NCBI GenBank assembly: GCA_963789395.1
Contig: CAWBKP010000011.1
Location: forward strand, 1 to 64,000
Source: an uncultured delta proteobacterium
GTDB lineage: Bacteria > Desulfobacterota > Desulfobacteria > Desulfobacterales > Desulfatirhabdiaceae
Reading direction: 5' to 3'
DNA: 64,000 bases
Every line of letters starts with the position of its first letter. The first letter of the stretch is position 1. The position numbers and the translations under genes were made by a program. The notes beneath the pieces are model-generated. The model had not been told where the DNA came from, ran no database searches, and saw only the letters and a list, made by a program, of their open reading frames with translations. Shown here piece by piece: positions 43,213 to 54,419 of this stretch.

Positions 43213-43668
43213 CTCGTATTGTCTGTATCATTAAAATTCACCAGATTAAACTACCGAGACGAGACACTGCCGGTCAGGACTCGCCTATGATATGTGTCAG
43301 TGAAACAATATGCGGCATGGCAATTAAAATATCAATAAAAATGGCGGCACTGTAAAAAGTCCGGATGCTGCGTTGCGGTACATGCTTCCTCATTGCGGCG
43401 TATGACACGTACAGCCTCTTGCCGAATTATTGCCGCCTGGACTTCACTCAAAAGCGCTTCACAGCATGATGTTTTTCGATGTTTGATGTTGAACATATCG
43501 GGGATTTCTGATACTTGTCCATCATATCAGTATTTCGGATGTTCGATATATCGAAGTCTTGGATCGCCCGCTTTGTTATGTTGCTACCCAATCACCCATC
43601 AAACTGAACTGCTTTCCGTAGTTTTTTAATGAATAATCACGGAATCTAGAAAAAAGGAGTACCGTTCC

Positions 43669-44266
43669 ATGAAAATCGTAGGAATTGCATGCAGCCCCCG
43701 AAAAGCAAAGACCACGGCACTTGCGTTGGATGAGTGCCTTAAAGCCGTGCAGGCTGGCCGTACCCTCCATGCAGACGGAAATGCTGGAACTGGCTGATTT
43801 TCAATTTAACGGCTGCGTGGCCTGCGGCAAATGCATGAAAGAATTTGCTTGCAGCCAGGCAGATGATTTCAGCAAAATCATTGCCTCCCTGGATGATCCG
43901 GCCCTGGCCGGAATCATTGTCGCCACGCCGGTTTATTTTGGCACCATGACTTCCCAATGCAAGGCTTTTCTGGATCGCTGCGTGATTTTCCGCAGAAACG
44001 GTTTTCGTTTCCACAACAAGGTCGGCGGGGTGATCGCCGTCGGCGGCGTCCGCAACGGCGGGCAGGAGTTGACCATCCAGGCGGTTCATGCCGCCATGCT
44101 GGTCTGGGACATGGTCGTGGTCAGTGACGGCCGCCCGACATCCCATTTTGGCGGAACTGTCTGGAGCAGCCATCCCGACGGGGTCAGCGGTGACACATTC
44201 GGGATGCAGACCGTCCATAATCTGGGCAAAAGAGTGTCGGAACTGGCGTTCAAGCTTCATGGATAA
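43669..44266 (+). CDS. Iron-sulfur flavoprotein / flavodoxin family (frameshift near 43760)
   Basis: MKIVGIACSPRK from ATG 43669 (AAGGAG RBS); CVACGKC...C, TPVYFG, GGVRNGGQE, HFG. Confidence 0.85.
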
Positions 44267-44290
44267 CGGTCGGGTAAAAGGGGAGTTACT

Positions 44291-44623
44291 ATGGAATTCT
44301 GTAATAAGATTGTGATCGAAGTGATGTATAAGGCGGATTACTGCCTTCCCTGCTTTTTCATGGATGCCGCTGTTCAGGAAATGCTGCCGCGATATGAAGA
44401 TCGTGTGGAATACCGGCGCGTGGATATCATGATTGGAAAGGGCAAAAAGCGCTTTCTGGAGCTTTCCTATGAATTGTTCGGTGAAGAAGCCGTTAAAAAG
44501 CATATTCGTCTGGCTCCGGTGCCGTCACTTCTGATCAACGGCGAGCTGATCTTTGATCAGATTCCGCCGGAGTATGATCTGGTGGATGCCATCGAAGAAG
44601 CCCTTTCGGGGATGACTGTTTAG
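44291..44623 (+). CDS. Thioredoxin-fold CxxC protein
   Basis: IEV...YCLPCFFM, VPSLLINGELIFDQIP. Confidence 0.78.
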   Translation: MEFCNKIVIEVMYKADYCLPCFFMDAAVQEMLPRYEDRVEYRRVDIMIGKGKKRFLELSYELFGEEAVKKHIRLAPVPSLLINGELIFDQIPPEYDLVDAIEEALSGMTV

Positions 44624-44679
44624 ATACACCATGGTTTTTTACCTTTTTGCTTTATAACAAACGTCCAGGTCACACAAAC

Positions 44680-44968
44680 ATGAAACCCGTCCATATCGAA
44701 GTGATTCATGAAGGTGAGCATTGTATCCCCTGTGTATACATGGCGCTGGTGGTAGCTGAGGTCGCGCCGGATTACGGCGATGCCGTCACATGGGAGAAAG
44801 TCATCATCACCAAAAAAAAAGGGGCGTTTCGCTTTGACGAACTCGCTCAGAACGCATGGTGGACTGCCTCCTGTGCCCTCCATATATATCGATGGCGAAC
44901 TGGTCTTTGATACGACACCCGGCCCGGAAATGCTTCGAGAAGTTCTGGACCGGATGATATCGACCTGA
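44680..44968 (+). CDS. Thioredoxin-fold CxxC protein (frameshift in the A run at 44812-44820)
   Basis: IEV...HCIPCVYM; VPSIYIDGELVFDTTP in shifted frame. Confidence 0.75.
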
Positions 44969-45110
44969 TTCCGGATCACCAAATGGTGTTCCGGCCTTCC
45001 GCAGGTTTTTACGGGTGCGCCGGAACCGGCAAAAAAGCGCTGGTCAGGGCTGTTCACAGTAAATTTCCCTGTTAATCTCGGTTTCGATATCTTTCATTAC
45101 CATGTCCGGA

Positions 45111-46570
45111 TCAGCCATCGCCTGCAAGAGCTTCAGCGTTTTTCAGAAGCGTTTCGAACATTTTCACCAGGTAGTCGTTGACCCTTTTGGCAGGGCCCTG
45201 CCCCTGGGGCTTTCGCCAGTGGATCGGGGAATCCGGAAAAGCGCTCTGCCGCAGGACATGATGGCAGGCAAAGACCACCACATCCCGCATCCACGCCACC
45301 CTTTTATCAGCGTATTCGATTTCCCCTTCAAATCCCATGATAGCCGGCCGGAGTGAGTCTGCCTTCTTTCTGGTATCTCCGGTATCCGCTGGTTCCCATG
45401 AGTACGATATGGAAATGGGAAAAGAGGTTGGCTGTCCGGTCAAGCCGATCCAGGAGATTGTTTTTCCGAAGAAACTCAAGGTTTTCACCCAGATCGGACA
45501 GGGTGCTGTCCGGAACAAACATCAGAAAGCCGATCTCGGGCTCGATGCCGAAGCTGCGGCAGAGCGCAATGGCACGCTCGCTGCTGTTCAATGTGGCGCC
45601 CTTGGAGAGCTGGCCAAGAAGGGTTTTGGAGCCGCTCTCGACACCCAGGAGCATGCTGGTGAACCCCGATGAAACAAGGTTTTCCATGATTTCTTCGTCA
45701 AGGTCTTCAGGTCTTGTCTCCATGCCGAAGGTGATTTTCAAGGGGCGGATCAGTTCCAGCAGCCTCAGGGTCCTGTTTTTTCCCTTCTTTCCAGGGCCGA
45801 TGAAATTGGGATCTGCAAAGTAGAAGTCGCGTATTCCCATCGAAATGAGCCCCTGCATTTCAAGAAGGATGTTTTCCGGACTCCTGCCCCGCCAGAGGGG
45901 GCCATTATTATAGAAAGAGGGGACCGGGCAGAAACTGCAGTGGTTATAACATCCCCTGCTGCCTAAAATCGATGCGGTGCGGAACCCGCCATCCGCCCGC
46001 ATGGGAAAGTCAAACAGATCCGGATCACGAAGGGGCGCTCTGGGGCCGGCCATCAAGATGCCTTCCCCGCTCCTATGCGGCAAGTCCTTCGATTTTTTCC
46101 AAGGATCCAGCGGTTTCCAGGCAGGTTGCCAGTTCTGTAACCGTGATCTCGCACTCTCCCACGGAAATGGTGTCCACTTCCCTGCAAAAGTCCAGGATCG
46201 GCCGGTAAGCCAGGGTGGGATAAAATCCGAAGAGGTTGATATGTCCCCTGAATCCCGCGCTTCTCAGCTTCTGAAAAAAATCAAAGATCGCGCCGCTGTT
46301 CTCCCAGATATAGACGCAATTCACCGTCAGAAGGGCCGGGGAAAAAGCCATGATTTCATCGGCTGTCCGGGAAAAATCCCAGCCATTCACCGTACAGTCG
46401 ATCAAGGTGACCTCATGGCCGGCAGCCTTCAGGGCGGATGCCACATAGCCGCCCATCAGGCAGGACCAGAGGGGGGTGTTGGCAATATCGTTGAACCTTT
46501 TTTCCGAACGGATTCTCGGGTGCTCCAGAACGATGATTTTCACGTGTTCTCCATGCTCGGCTCCAGGCAC
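45111..46570 (-). CDS. bzaE: B12-binding radical SAM protein, BzaE-like (two frameshifts)
   Basis: B12-binding N-terminus; SRGCYNHCSFC; last gene of the bzaF-cobT operon. Confidence 0.65.
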
Positions 46571-47890
46571 GCAGACGGTTTCAGCCTCGAAAAAATACCT
46601 GCACGGTGGCAGTGGGCTTCCATCTCGTGAAGGAGATGGGAGAACCTCGGGGGGTTATGATAGAATGGGTAAAGAAGATCGATATCGGGGGAAAGATCCC
46701 CGCTTCTGATCAGCCGCTTTGTCAGCGGTGCGCCGGGGTAAAGCCGGACGTGGTTGAAGATCACGGCCCCAAGATTTGCAGGGCCTGCATGGATTTCAAG
46801 CAGACGTTCCAGCATTTCCCAGGCCTCAGATGACTTCCGCCTCACCGTCCCCGGGCAGGTTGAGCAGAAAATGGCACATGGTGAGAATATTGCTCTCGGC
46901 CGTTACCTTTGCCGCCTTCAGTATATCCTGCTTTGTCAGCCGTTTTCCCAGAAGTTTCAGGCCGTGGTCCGTGAGCGCATCCGCCGAAAAATAGATGGCA
47001 ACCAGTCCGGCAGCCTGGGCAAGCCCGGCAAGCCTGCTGTCAAGGGTGTCTTCTCTGAAAAAGCCCGTCCAGCCGATATCGAGTTTTCTGCGAATGAGCT
47101 CTTCCATCAACGCTTCGAAATGGTCGACGGGCCGATTGACCACCGCGTCCGTAAAATGAAAAAGCCGGATGCCATGCTCCCGGTGCAGGGATTCGATCTC
47201 GTCCACGATTTTTTTCGGGCTCCGCAGGCGCATCCTCCCCCCGCCGAGGCAGGGGTAAACGCAATAGCCGCAACTCAGGTCGCATCCCCGCTTTCCTTCT
47301 ATCCCGACAGGGGCGACGTAGGCGTTTCCCTTCGTGTAATCCGCGGGATCAAAGGTGACCCGATCCATGGGGGGAATCTCATCAAGGGAGATCCCCGGAC
47401 CCGGGGGATTCTGATGGATGACGCCTTCTTTTCGCCACAGCAGACCCGGAACCGCGCCGGGGTCGATATCACTTTCGATGATCAGGGGAAACGCCCGCTC
47501 CCCTTCCCCCACCAGCCCATAGTCTATATCGGAAACCGCTTCCATGAGACGGGTTCCGAAAAGGGAAAAAGCCGGGCCTCCTACCATGATCCGTGAATCC
47601 GGAAGGATCGTTCGAACCATCGCGGCGGCTGTTTTCAGGGACGAGAGATAGGAAACCAGATGACCGGCAAGAGGGTCGATGTTTCGAAGCGAAAAGGCGA
47701 CGATATCCGGCCGGTGTTCTTCGATCAGCTCTTTCAACTCCGGCCACGGATCCGGGAAGAGGTTCATGTCCAGAGCACTTTTCGCGATTGTTGCCGGAAC
47801 CAGACTCGAAAGCCTGGAAAGGCCCAGGGGAAATACTTTTTCACCGGCGCCATGGTGGGAAGTGGGAAGCTGAACCAGAGAAATTTTCAT
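46540..47890 (-). CDS. bzaD: B12-binding radical SAM methyltransferase, BzaD-like (frameshift near 46830)
   Basis: PLGL, SLRNID, GGPAFS, KRGCDLSCGYC; operon position. Confidence 0.65.
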
Positions 47891-47893
47891 TAC

Positions 47894-49565
47894 CTACTCC
47901 AATAACAGCAAACCGAGATATTTGACATACTGCCCCCTTTCCTTAACCGGCGCCAGATAAAGGCCTGCCGCTTCTGCCGTCTGATAGACATCGATCCCGG
48001 AAGCCTCCATCGAAGGCCGGGAAAGATCACTTCGGTTGCATTCTCCCTCGCCGGGGCACTTGTCGCAAACCGTGCAGGGACCCGCACCCAGGACAAACGC
48101 CTTGTGCAGACCGCTCAGAAACGCCTTTTTCTCAAGGCGGAGCAGCCGCTGATGAAACTGTCTTCCGGGCGGAGCCCCTTCCAGAAGAAGCGCCCATTTG
48201 TAAGATCTCAAAAGCGTTTCCGTCTCAAGGTCATCCCTGCCGTTTGGCGGGCATTGAAGATTCTTTCCGAATCCTTCGCATCCATACCGGCATTTCAGCC
48301 TGACCCAAGGGGCTGTGGCAATCTTTTCCATGGGGATGGGAACGGCCCGCCTGAACCCTTCGGAAATGGCCATATCGGCCCACTGATACGGCAGGGGGAC
48401 AAGATGATCCCGGGAAAGTTTTTCCCCGGCCAGAATCACAGAGCTGTCTGTATCAAGATCGAGAACAACGCTTTCCCGAATGCCGGCGGCGCTAAGCCAG
48501 GAAACCACGCTGGAAGCTTCATGACATTCGCCGTCATAGGTATTCAGCATCATGGCCAGATCGTAGATGGCCCCTTTCTGGGGATTTCGGCCCAGGCGGT
48601 CGGGAAAATAGTCGTGAATGAGAACCTTTCCCCCTGGTTTCAGAAGACGGACCGCCTTTTCGAGAAGTTTCCGGGCGTCCTTCTCTCCGTAGGCATGGAG
48701 AAAATTGCTCATCACGATCAGACCGAAGGTTCTTTCCGTTTCAAACGCGTGGAAACGGAAGTCGGCGCCGATGGTCTCGATCCCTTCCCAGTCCGTTTCA
48801 TCCGGATAAATCTGCCGTGCAGCCTCAATCACCTCGGGAAGATCCAGGAGAACTCCCCGGTAATGCGCCGGAGGGTTACAAAATTCTCTCGGTCTCATCG
48901 ACGTCGCTGTGAAAATGGGTTTCCTTTTTTCGGTCCGATCCGGAAAGAGAGGCCACGAGGAGGCGGCAGAGCGATCCTGCTCCGCCGCCCATGTCAAGGA
49001 CAGGCGGCTGCCCAGGTTTCACGCAGCAGAATTTCAACGATCTGCCTTGCCTTCTGCCTTGCCAGTTGATCCAATGCCCTTACATAGTTGAAGTTTCTCT
49101 CCGCGTAATTTTCCCCTGAATCTGACACGGCAGCTGCCACTGCATCCGAATGTCGGTGGCCCGTTGCTTCAGATTCATCATTCAGGGAGATTTTCCGCGT
49201 CAGAAGGCGAAAATTTTCCTGCATGGCGCGGCGGTAGAGAAAAAAATCCCCCATGTAGGAAGGGCTCTTCTGCGACCAGATAGCGCCGGGCAGACTGGCT
49301 GTTGAACCAGATCCCCTCGCTCTCTCCGATCAGTTCCATCCGCTTCAGCACTTTCAGGAGACGGTAAAGGCCATCCTCATTGCACCCGGACAGCGCGCAA
49401 AGCTTTCCGGTGGTCATAGGTTCCGCTTTCGATGTGGTCGAAGAGCTTCAGATCCAGTGCGGAAAAGAGAACCTCCGATTGCCAGTAGGCAGTGGAGAGA
49501 TTCTCAAGAAACTGGTAATCCATCCGGGAAGGATCGGCATCGCCATCGATTTTGCGTGATGGCAT
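47894..49565 (-). CDS. bzaC: SAM O-methyltransferase fused to DUF2284, BzaC-like (several frameshifts)
   Basis: AYWQSEVLFSALDLKLFD dimerisation domain, LDLPEVI, SNFLHAY, LKPGG; C-terminal KCRYGC..CPP, RPSMEASGIDV. Confidence 0.72.
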
Positions 49566-49567
49566 CG

Positions 49568-50630
49568 TCAGATCTGGGCATTTTTTATGGCCACTTCCGC
49601 AAATGTCTTGATATCCGCAAGAATCCGGGTGGCGGCATCGAGAAGCTCCATGGCGATTGCGGCCCCCGTTCCCTCTCCCAGGCGAAAGCCCAGGTCCAGC
49701 AGGGGTTCGATGCCGAGCCTCTCGTGCATGTACCGATGCCCCACCTCCACGGACCGGTGGCTCGTAAACAGATACGCCTTTGCGGCCGGCGCCAGCTCAC
49801 AGGCGATCAGCGCTCCGGCGGTGGAGATGAAGCCGTCGCAGATCACGGGAATTCCTTTGGCTGCGGCGCCGATCACGAGCCCTGCCAGTCCGCCGATCTC
49901 GAATCCGCCCACCTTGGACAGGACATCGATGGGGTCATGTGGGTCGGGCGCGTGCATCGCAAGGCTTTTTCGATAACGGCAATCTTGTTTTCGAGGGCGG
50001 CATCGCCGATCCCGGTTCCGCGGCCCGTGAGCTTTTCAACCGGAAATCCCTGAAAATGCCGCAATGACCGCAGTCGATGGCGTGGTGTTGCCGATCCCCA
50101 TGTCTCCGGTTCCCAGAAGATTCACCGGCCCCTGTTCGCAAAGCTCCTCGACGATCTCGATGCCGGCCGTCGATGGATCGGATCGCTTCCTCCCGCGTCA
50201 TGGCCGGCCCCTTTGCGAAATTCGCCGTTCCCTTTCCGACTTTCTTGTGGAAGATGGGAAGGGCCGGATCAAAATCATAATTGACTCCCAGATCGGCTGC
50301 AATGACCCTGGCGCCGGCATGCTTTCCGAGCACATTGATCGAAGCCCCGCCGCCGACAAAATTCAGAACCATCTGGGGGGTCACTTCCTGGGGAAAGAGG
50401 CTGACCCCTTCGGCGACAACCCCGTGATCGCCGGCACAGGTCACGATGACCTTGTTCTCCAGCCGGACGTCAAGGGTTCCGGCGATGGCAGCCAGCCGTG
50501 CGGATACGTTCTCGAGAATGCCCAGGCTTCCGGCCGGTCGCGCCTGGTCCGCAAGCCGCGCCAGGGCCTTTTCGTAAACCGAGCTGTCGGGTGTCTTTAT
50601 GCAACCGATGGTACGATTCAGTTTTTCCAT
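49568..50630 (-). CDS. cobT: Nicotinate-nucleotide:dimethylbenzimidazole phosphoribosyltransferase (frameshifted)
   Basis: [38 protein letters not shown]. Confidence 0.92.
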
Positions 50631-50660
50631 TTTCAATACTCCTTGGCTATTTGAAAGGTT

Positions 50661-51982
50661 TCAGCCAACGCATGAGATTTTATCGCCCCGGATATCATCC
50701 TTAAAAACCTCCATTCCCTTTTTCATGGCGCAGAAATCACCGCACATGGTGCAGGTCTTTTCCTCCTGAGGGCGCCCGCTCCGCTTTTTTCTTTCTGGCG
50801 ATTTCCGGAAAGAGAAGCTCCTTTTCCAGATCGTCCCAGCGCATGTCCCGTCTTGCCAGGCCGGCCCGCTTCTCCCGCTCCCGCCGTTCCGGGTATTTGG
50901 CGATGTCTCCGACCCGCACGGCCAGCCGGGTGACTCTGACGCCTTCCCGGACATCGGCCTCCGTGGGCAGCGCAAGGTGCTCCGCAGGCGTGATGTAGCA
51001 GATCAGGTCCGCTCCGTACCTGGCCGAATGCGCCGCGCCGATGGCGGCGCCCACATGGTCGTAACCGGCTCCGGTATCCAGGGGGATCGGCCCCAGAACA
51101 TAATACGGGCGCATTGCCGCTCATCCGTTTTTCCAGCATGATGTTTCCCTCGATCTCATCTATGGGAACATGTCCGGGACCTTCCACCATCATCTGACAT
51201 CCCATCTCGCGGCCGATCTCGGCAAGTTCGCAGTTGATGATCATCTCCGCCATCTGGGCCCGGTCATGGCTGTCGTGGATCGCACCGGCGCGGATACCGT
51301 TTCCGAGTGAGAGCACCGCATCATATTTCTTCATGAGGCCGCAGACCCGGTCGAACTGCTCGTACAGGGGGTTGTCCTTTCCGGTTGCATCCATCCACGC
51401 CACCATGAAGGTCCCCCCCTTGGAGCACAGCCCGCCGTAACGGTAACCCTGCTTGCGAAGCCGCTCGATGGTGTACTGGTTGATTCCGCAGTGGATCGCC
51501 ATGAAACTGAGGCCATCACACAGCTGCTGCTCGATGAGATCGAAGAGATACTCGGGATCAAGCCGGCTCGGATCCCTGTATAGTCTGGCAGTCTCCTTGA
51601 ACGCCTGATACAGGGGAACATTGCCGACAGGAAGACGGGAGGCAGCCAGAACTTCCCGTCTGACCTTGTCGAGATTGCCGCCCGCGGAGAGCTCCATGAG
51701 CGTATCCGCCCCTTCTTCCTCGGCAGCGATCGCCTTGCGGACTTCATCATCGATATTGCAGATATCCGAAGACGTGCCGATGGATGCGTTGACTTTTGTT
51801 CTCAGCCCGGTGCCGATTCCCCTGATGATCTGATCGGGACGGTTGGGATTGTTCGGAATAACGATCTCCCCCATTGCAACGCGCTGCCGGATCACTCCGG
51901 TAGAATAATCCTCATCGACCGCCACCTTTTCCATCTGGGGGGTAATAACACCTTCACGTGCCAATTCAATCTGTGTCTTCAT
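50661..51982 (-). CDS. bzaF: 5-hydroxybenzimidazole synthase (ThiC paralogue; frameshifted)
   Basis: TKVNASIGTS, GADTLM, MVEGPGHVP, TPAEHL, CTMCGDFC; preceded by a cobalamin riboswitch and followed by cobT. Confidence 0.8.
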
Positions 51983-52015
51983 GGGATACTCCTATGCCTG
52001 TTTGATAATTTCGTC

Positions 52016-52059
52016 AAAAAAAAGGGCTCCGGGGAGATTATATCTCCCCGGAGCCCTTT
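52016..52059 (-). terminator. Riboswitch-associated intrinsic terminator (attenuator)
   Basis: GGGCTCCGGGGAGA-TATAA-TCTCCCCGGAGCCC followed by T8, between the aptamer and bzaF. Confidence 0.85.
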
Positions 52060-52084
52060 GCCATCGTGCCCTTCAATCAGATCG

Positions 52085-52245
52085 CCCGATCCGTCTTCTG
52101 ACTTCCGGATGGCGCCTCTCCTTGCAGCCTTCCCAGCCTCAGGGCCAGTGGCCGCCTCCCAAAAATCAGGGAGACAATTGCAGGAGATATTCCGGTTACA
52201 GCGATGGGACCGTCACGGAATTCAACCGTGTTCCGATAACCAGGC
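52085..52245 (-). ncRNA. Cobalamin riboswitch upstream of bzaF
   Basis: GGAACACGGTTGAATTCCGTGACGGTCCCATCGCTGTAA ... GCCACTGG..GGGAAGG ... AAGTCAGAAGAC. Confidence 0.9.
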
Positions 52246-52271
52246 GATCTTCTTTTCTTGATTTCTGTATT

Positions 52272-52300
52272 GTTATAAAATTGCCCATGCAGATAGTCAA
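52272..52300 (-). promoter_or_regulatory. sigma70 promoter of the bza operon
   Basis: TTGACT-17 nt-TATAAC just 5' of the riboswitch. Confidence 0.65.
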
Positions 52301-52340
52301 GTTTTTTTTAAACAGTTTTTTCTTGAAATGATATTCTACC

Positions 52341-52367
52341 ATGTATACTATGAACCATCGTATACAT
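52341..52367. promoter_or_regulatory. Palindromic operator, probably PadR autoregulation
   Basis: ATGTATAC-N11-GTATACAT overlapping the -10 region (TTGAAA at 52323). Confidence 0.6.
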
Positions 52368-52379
52368 CAAGGATGAACC

Positions 52380-52820
52380 ATGCCGATCGTCGATTTTGAA
52401 GAATGTCCCTGCTCCGGCAAGAACATGAGCACCCTGGTTGCACCATGGATACTGCTTACGCTCTATCACCACGAGGGAACCCACGGCTATGAAATCCAGA
52501 AATTGATTCTTTCACGGCTTCAGGAACTGGATCTGGGGCTGAACATGGCCGGCCTCTACCGGCATCTCAACATGCTGGAGAAACGCGGTGTCCTGACATC
52601 AACCTGGGACACCGGCGAGCCTGGCCCCGCCAAACGAAAATACTATCTGACCGAAGGCGGCAAAGAATGTCTCTGGCGCTGGCTCGGTACCCTTGGCACC
52701 CAGTTGACGCTGATCGGCAAATTTCTGGATGAAGCCCATCGCGTTTTCCCCCAGGCAGTTCTGCCGAAGGTGGTTATGGGCAGAGCAGGCAATGTACAGG
52801 ATAAAACACCCAAGAAGTAA
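52380..52820 (+). CDS. PadR-family regulator
   Basis: HGYEI, LYRHLNMLEKRG, W...GPAKRKYYLTEGG; N-terminal CPC. Confidence 0.9.
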   Translation: MPIVDFEECPCSGKNMSTLVAPWILLTLYHHEGTHGYEIQKLILSRLQELDLGLNMAGLYRHLNMLEKRGVLTSTWDTGEPGPAKRKYYLTEGGKECLWRWLGTLGTQLTLIGKFLDEAHRVFPQAVLPKVVMGRAGNVQDKTPKK

Positions 52821-52834
52821 GGTCTTTGATTCCC

Positions 52835-53632
52835 ATGGCCACGCCGTCAAAGCACTTTTTATCCAGAATCACACCGCTGCTGATGATTCTCGTCCTCTGG
52901 CAAGCAATCGCCATGTGGGTCTGGCTTTTCCGAAACGTCCCCTTCCCCACACCGCTATCCACTTTGCAGCGTCTGGCAGAAGCGCTTATGGGCAAGGAGA
53001 TGATGGATCATTCTGTTTACCGTCATACTTTCGACAGCCTGGGCAGGTGGATTTACGGATTTATCGCCGCTTCAGCCGGCGGGGTTCTCTTTGGCCTTGC
53101 TGCTGGATGGTGGCGGGCTCTGGATCGACTGACCTCGCCGGGGGTACAGATTTTACAGTTGATCCCCGGGCTGGCCTGGATCCCCGTGGCCCTGTTGCTG
53201 TTTGGCGTGGGAGAGAATGCCACCCGCTTCATGATCGCCGTAACCGCCTTTGCACCGATTGCCATCAACGTCACCGACGGGGTCAAACAGGTGGACGTGC
53301 ACTACATCCGGGCCGCTCAGATGCTGGGGGCCGGGAGAAAAACCCTTTTTCTGCGCGTGTTGCTGCCCGGAGCCCTGCCGCAGATCATCAGCGGGATTCG
53401 GGTGGGTCTTGGTAACAGCTGGCGCGTGGTGGTGGCAGCTGAAATGGTGGTGGGCACCGGATCAGGGCTTGGTTACGCCATTGTGCAGTCACGCTGGTCC
53501 CTGGACTTCACGGCCGCTTTTGTCTGCATCATCGTCATCGCCATGATCGGCCTGATAGTTGAACAGGCCGTGCTCAAGCCCCTTGAAAAGCGAACGATCC
53601 GCCGCTGGGGGTTGAACCGCAGGGGCGGCTGA
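52835..53632 (+). CDS. SsuC/TauC-type ABC permease
   Basis: IPGLAWIP, RAAQMLGA, LPGALP, VVAAEM. Confidence 0.9.
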   Translation: MATPSKHFLSRITPLLMILVLWQAIAMWVWLFRNVPFPTPLSTLQRLAEALMGKEMMDHSVYRHTFDSLGRWIYGFIAASAGGVLFGLAAGWWRALDRLTSPGVQILQLIPGLAWIPVALLLFGVGENATRFMIAVTAFAPIAINVTDGVKQVDVHYIRAAQMLGAGRKTLFLRVLLPGALPQIISGIRVGLGNSWRVVVAAEMVVGTGSGLGYAIVQSRWSLDFTAAFVCIIVIAMIGLIVEQAVLKPLEKRTIRRWGLNRRGG

Positions 53633-53633
53633 C

Positions 53634-54419
53634 ATGATTGTTTGCGAGGCCATTTCCATGAACTGGACAGATAACGGCACCAGCCACCGCCGAAAGACAC
53701 TGGAAGCCGTCGATCTTACAGTGGCCCCAGGCGAATTCATATGCCTGCTCGGGCCAAGCGGATGCGGCAAAACCACCCTTTTGAACATCATTGCCGGATT
53801 TATTCGCCCGACACACGGACGCGTTCTTTTTAATGGAGAACCGGTAACAGGCCCCGGACCGGACCGAGGGGTCGTGTTTCAGGACCCGACCCTTTTTCCA
53901 TGGCTCACCACCGCCCAAAACATCGCCTTCGGCCTGATCCATCGGGGGATTTCCGGGCCGCAACGCCAGGCCAGAATTGAAGAAGGGTTACGCCTTGTTG
54001 GGCTTGAATCTCATGCCCATGCATTTCCTCACGAACTGTCCGGAGGAATGCGCCAGCGAATCGCACTGGCACGGGTACTGGTTCTGGAACCGAAAGCCCT
54101 GCTGATGGATGAGCCCTTCAGTGCACTTGATGCAATCAGCAGGGAACGTCTGCAGGACGAATTGCTTGAAATCTGGCAGCGCCGGCGAACTCCTGTGATT
54201 TTTGTAACGCACAACGCTGATGAAGCCGCCTACCTGGCCGACCGGATCATCATTATGGGCCCGCCGCCCCAAAGCGTGCGCAGCATCATCCCTGTCACCC
54301 TGCCCCGGCCCAGGCGCCGTTCAACTGAAGCAATCAACAATCTATCCCTGACATTGAGGCAGCATCTCGGACAGATGCCATGCTGCCTGGCTCCCATAAA
54401 TAAAGAGGATGTGACATGA
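53634..54419 (+). CDS. SsuB/TauB-type ABC ATPase
   Basis: GPSGCGKTT, LSGGMRQR, MDEPF, VTH. Confidence 0.93.
   Translation: MIVCEAISMNWTDNGTSHRRKTLEAVDLTVAPGEFICLLGPSGCGKTTLLNIIAGFIRPTHGRVLFNGEPVTGPGPDRGVVFQDPTLFPWLTTAQNIAFGLIHRGISGPQRQARIEEGLRLVGLESHAHAFPHELSGGMRQRIALARVLVLEPKALLMDEPFSALDAISRERLQDELLEIWQRRRTPVIFVTHNADEAAYLADRIIIMGPPPQSVRSIIPVTLPRPRRRSTEAINNLSLTLRQHLGQMPCCLAPINKEDVT

Noticed and set aside
50661..51982. thiC annotation
   Set aside because: A cobalamin rather than TPP riboswitch, and linkage to cobT, favour bzaF.
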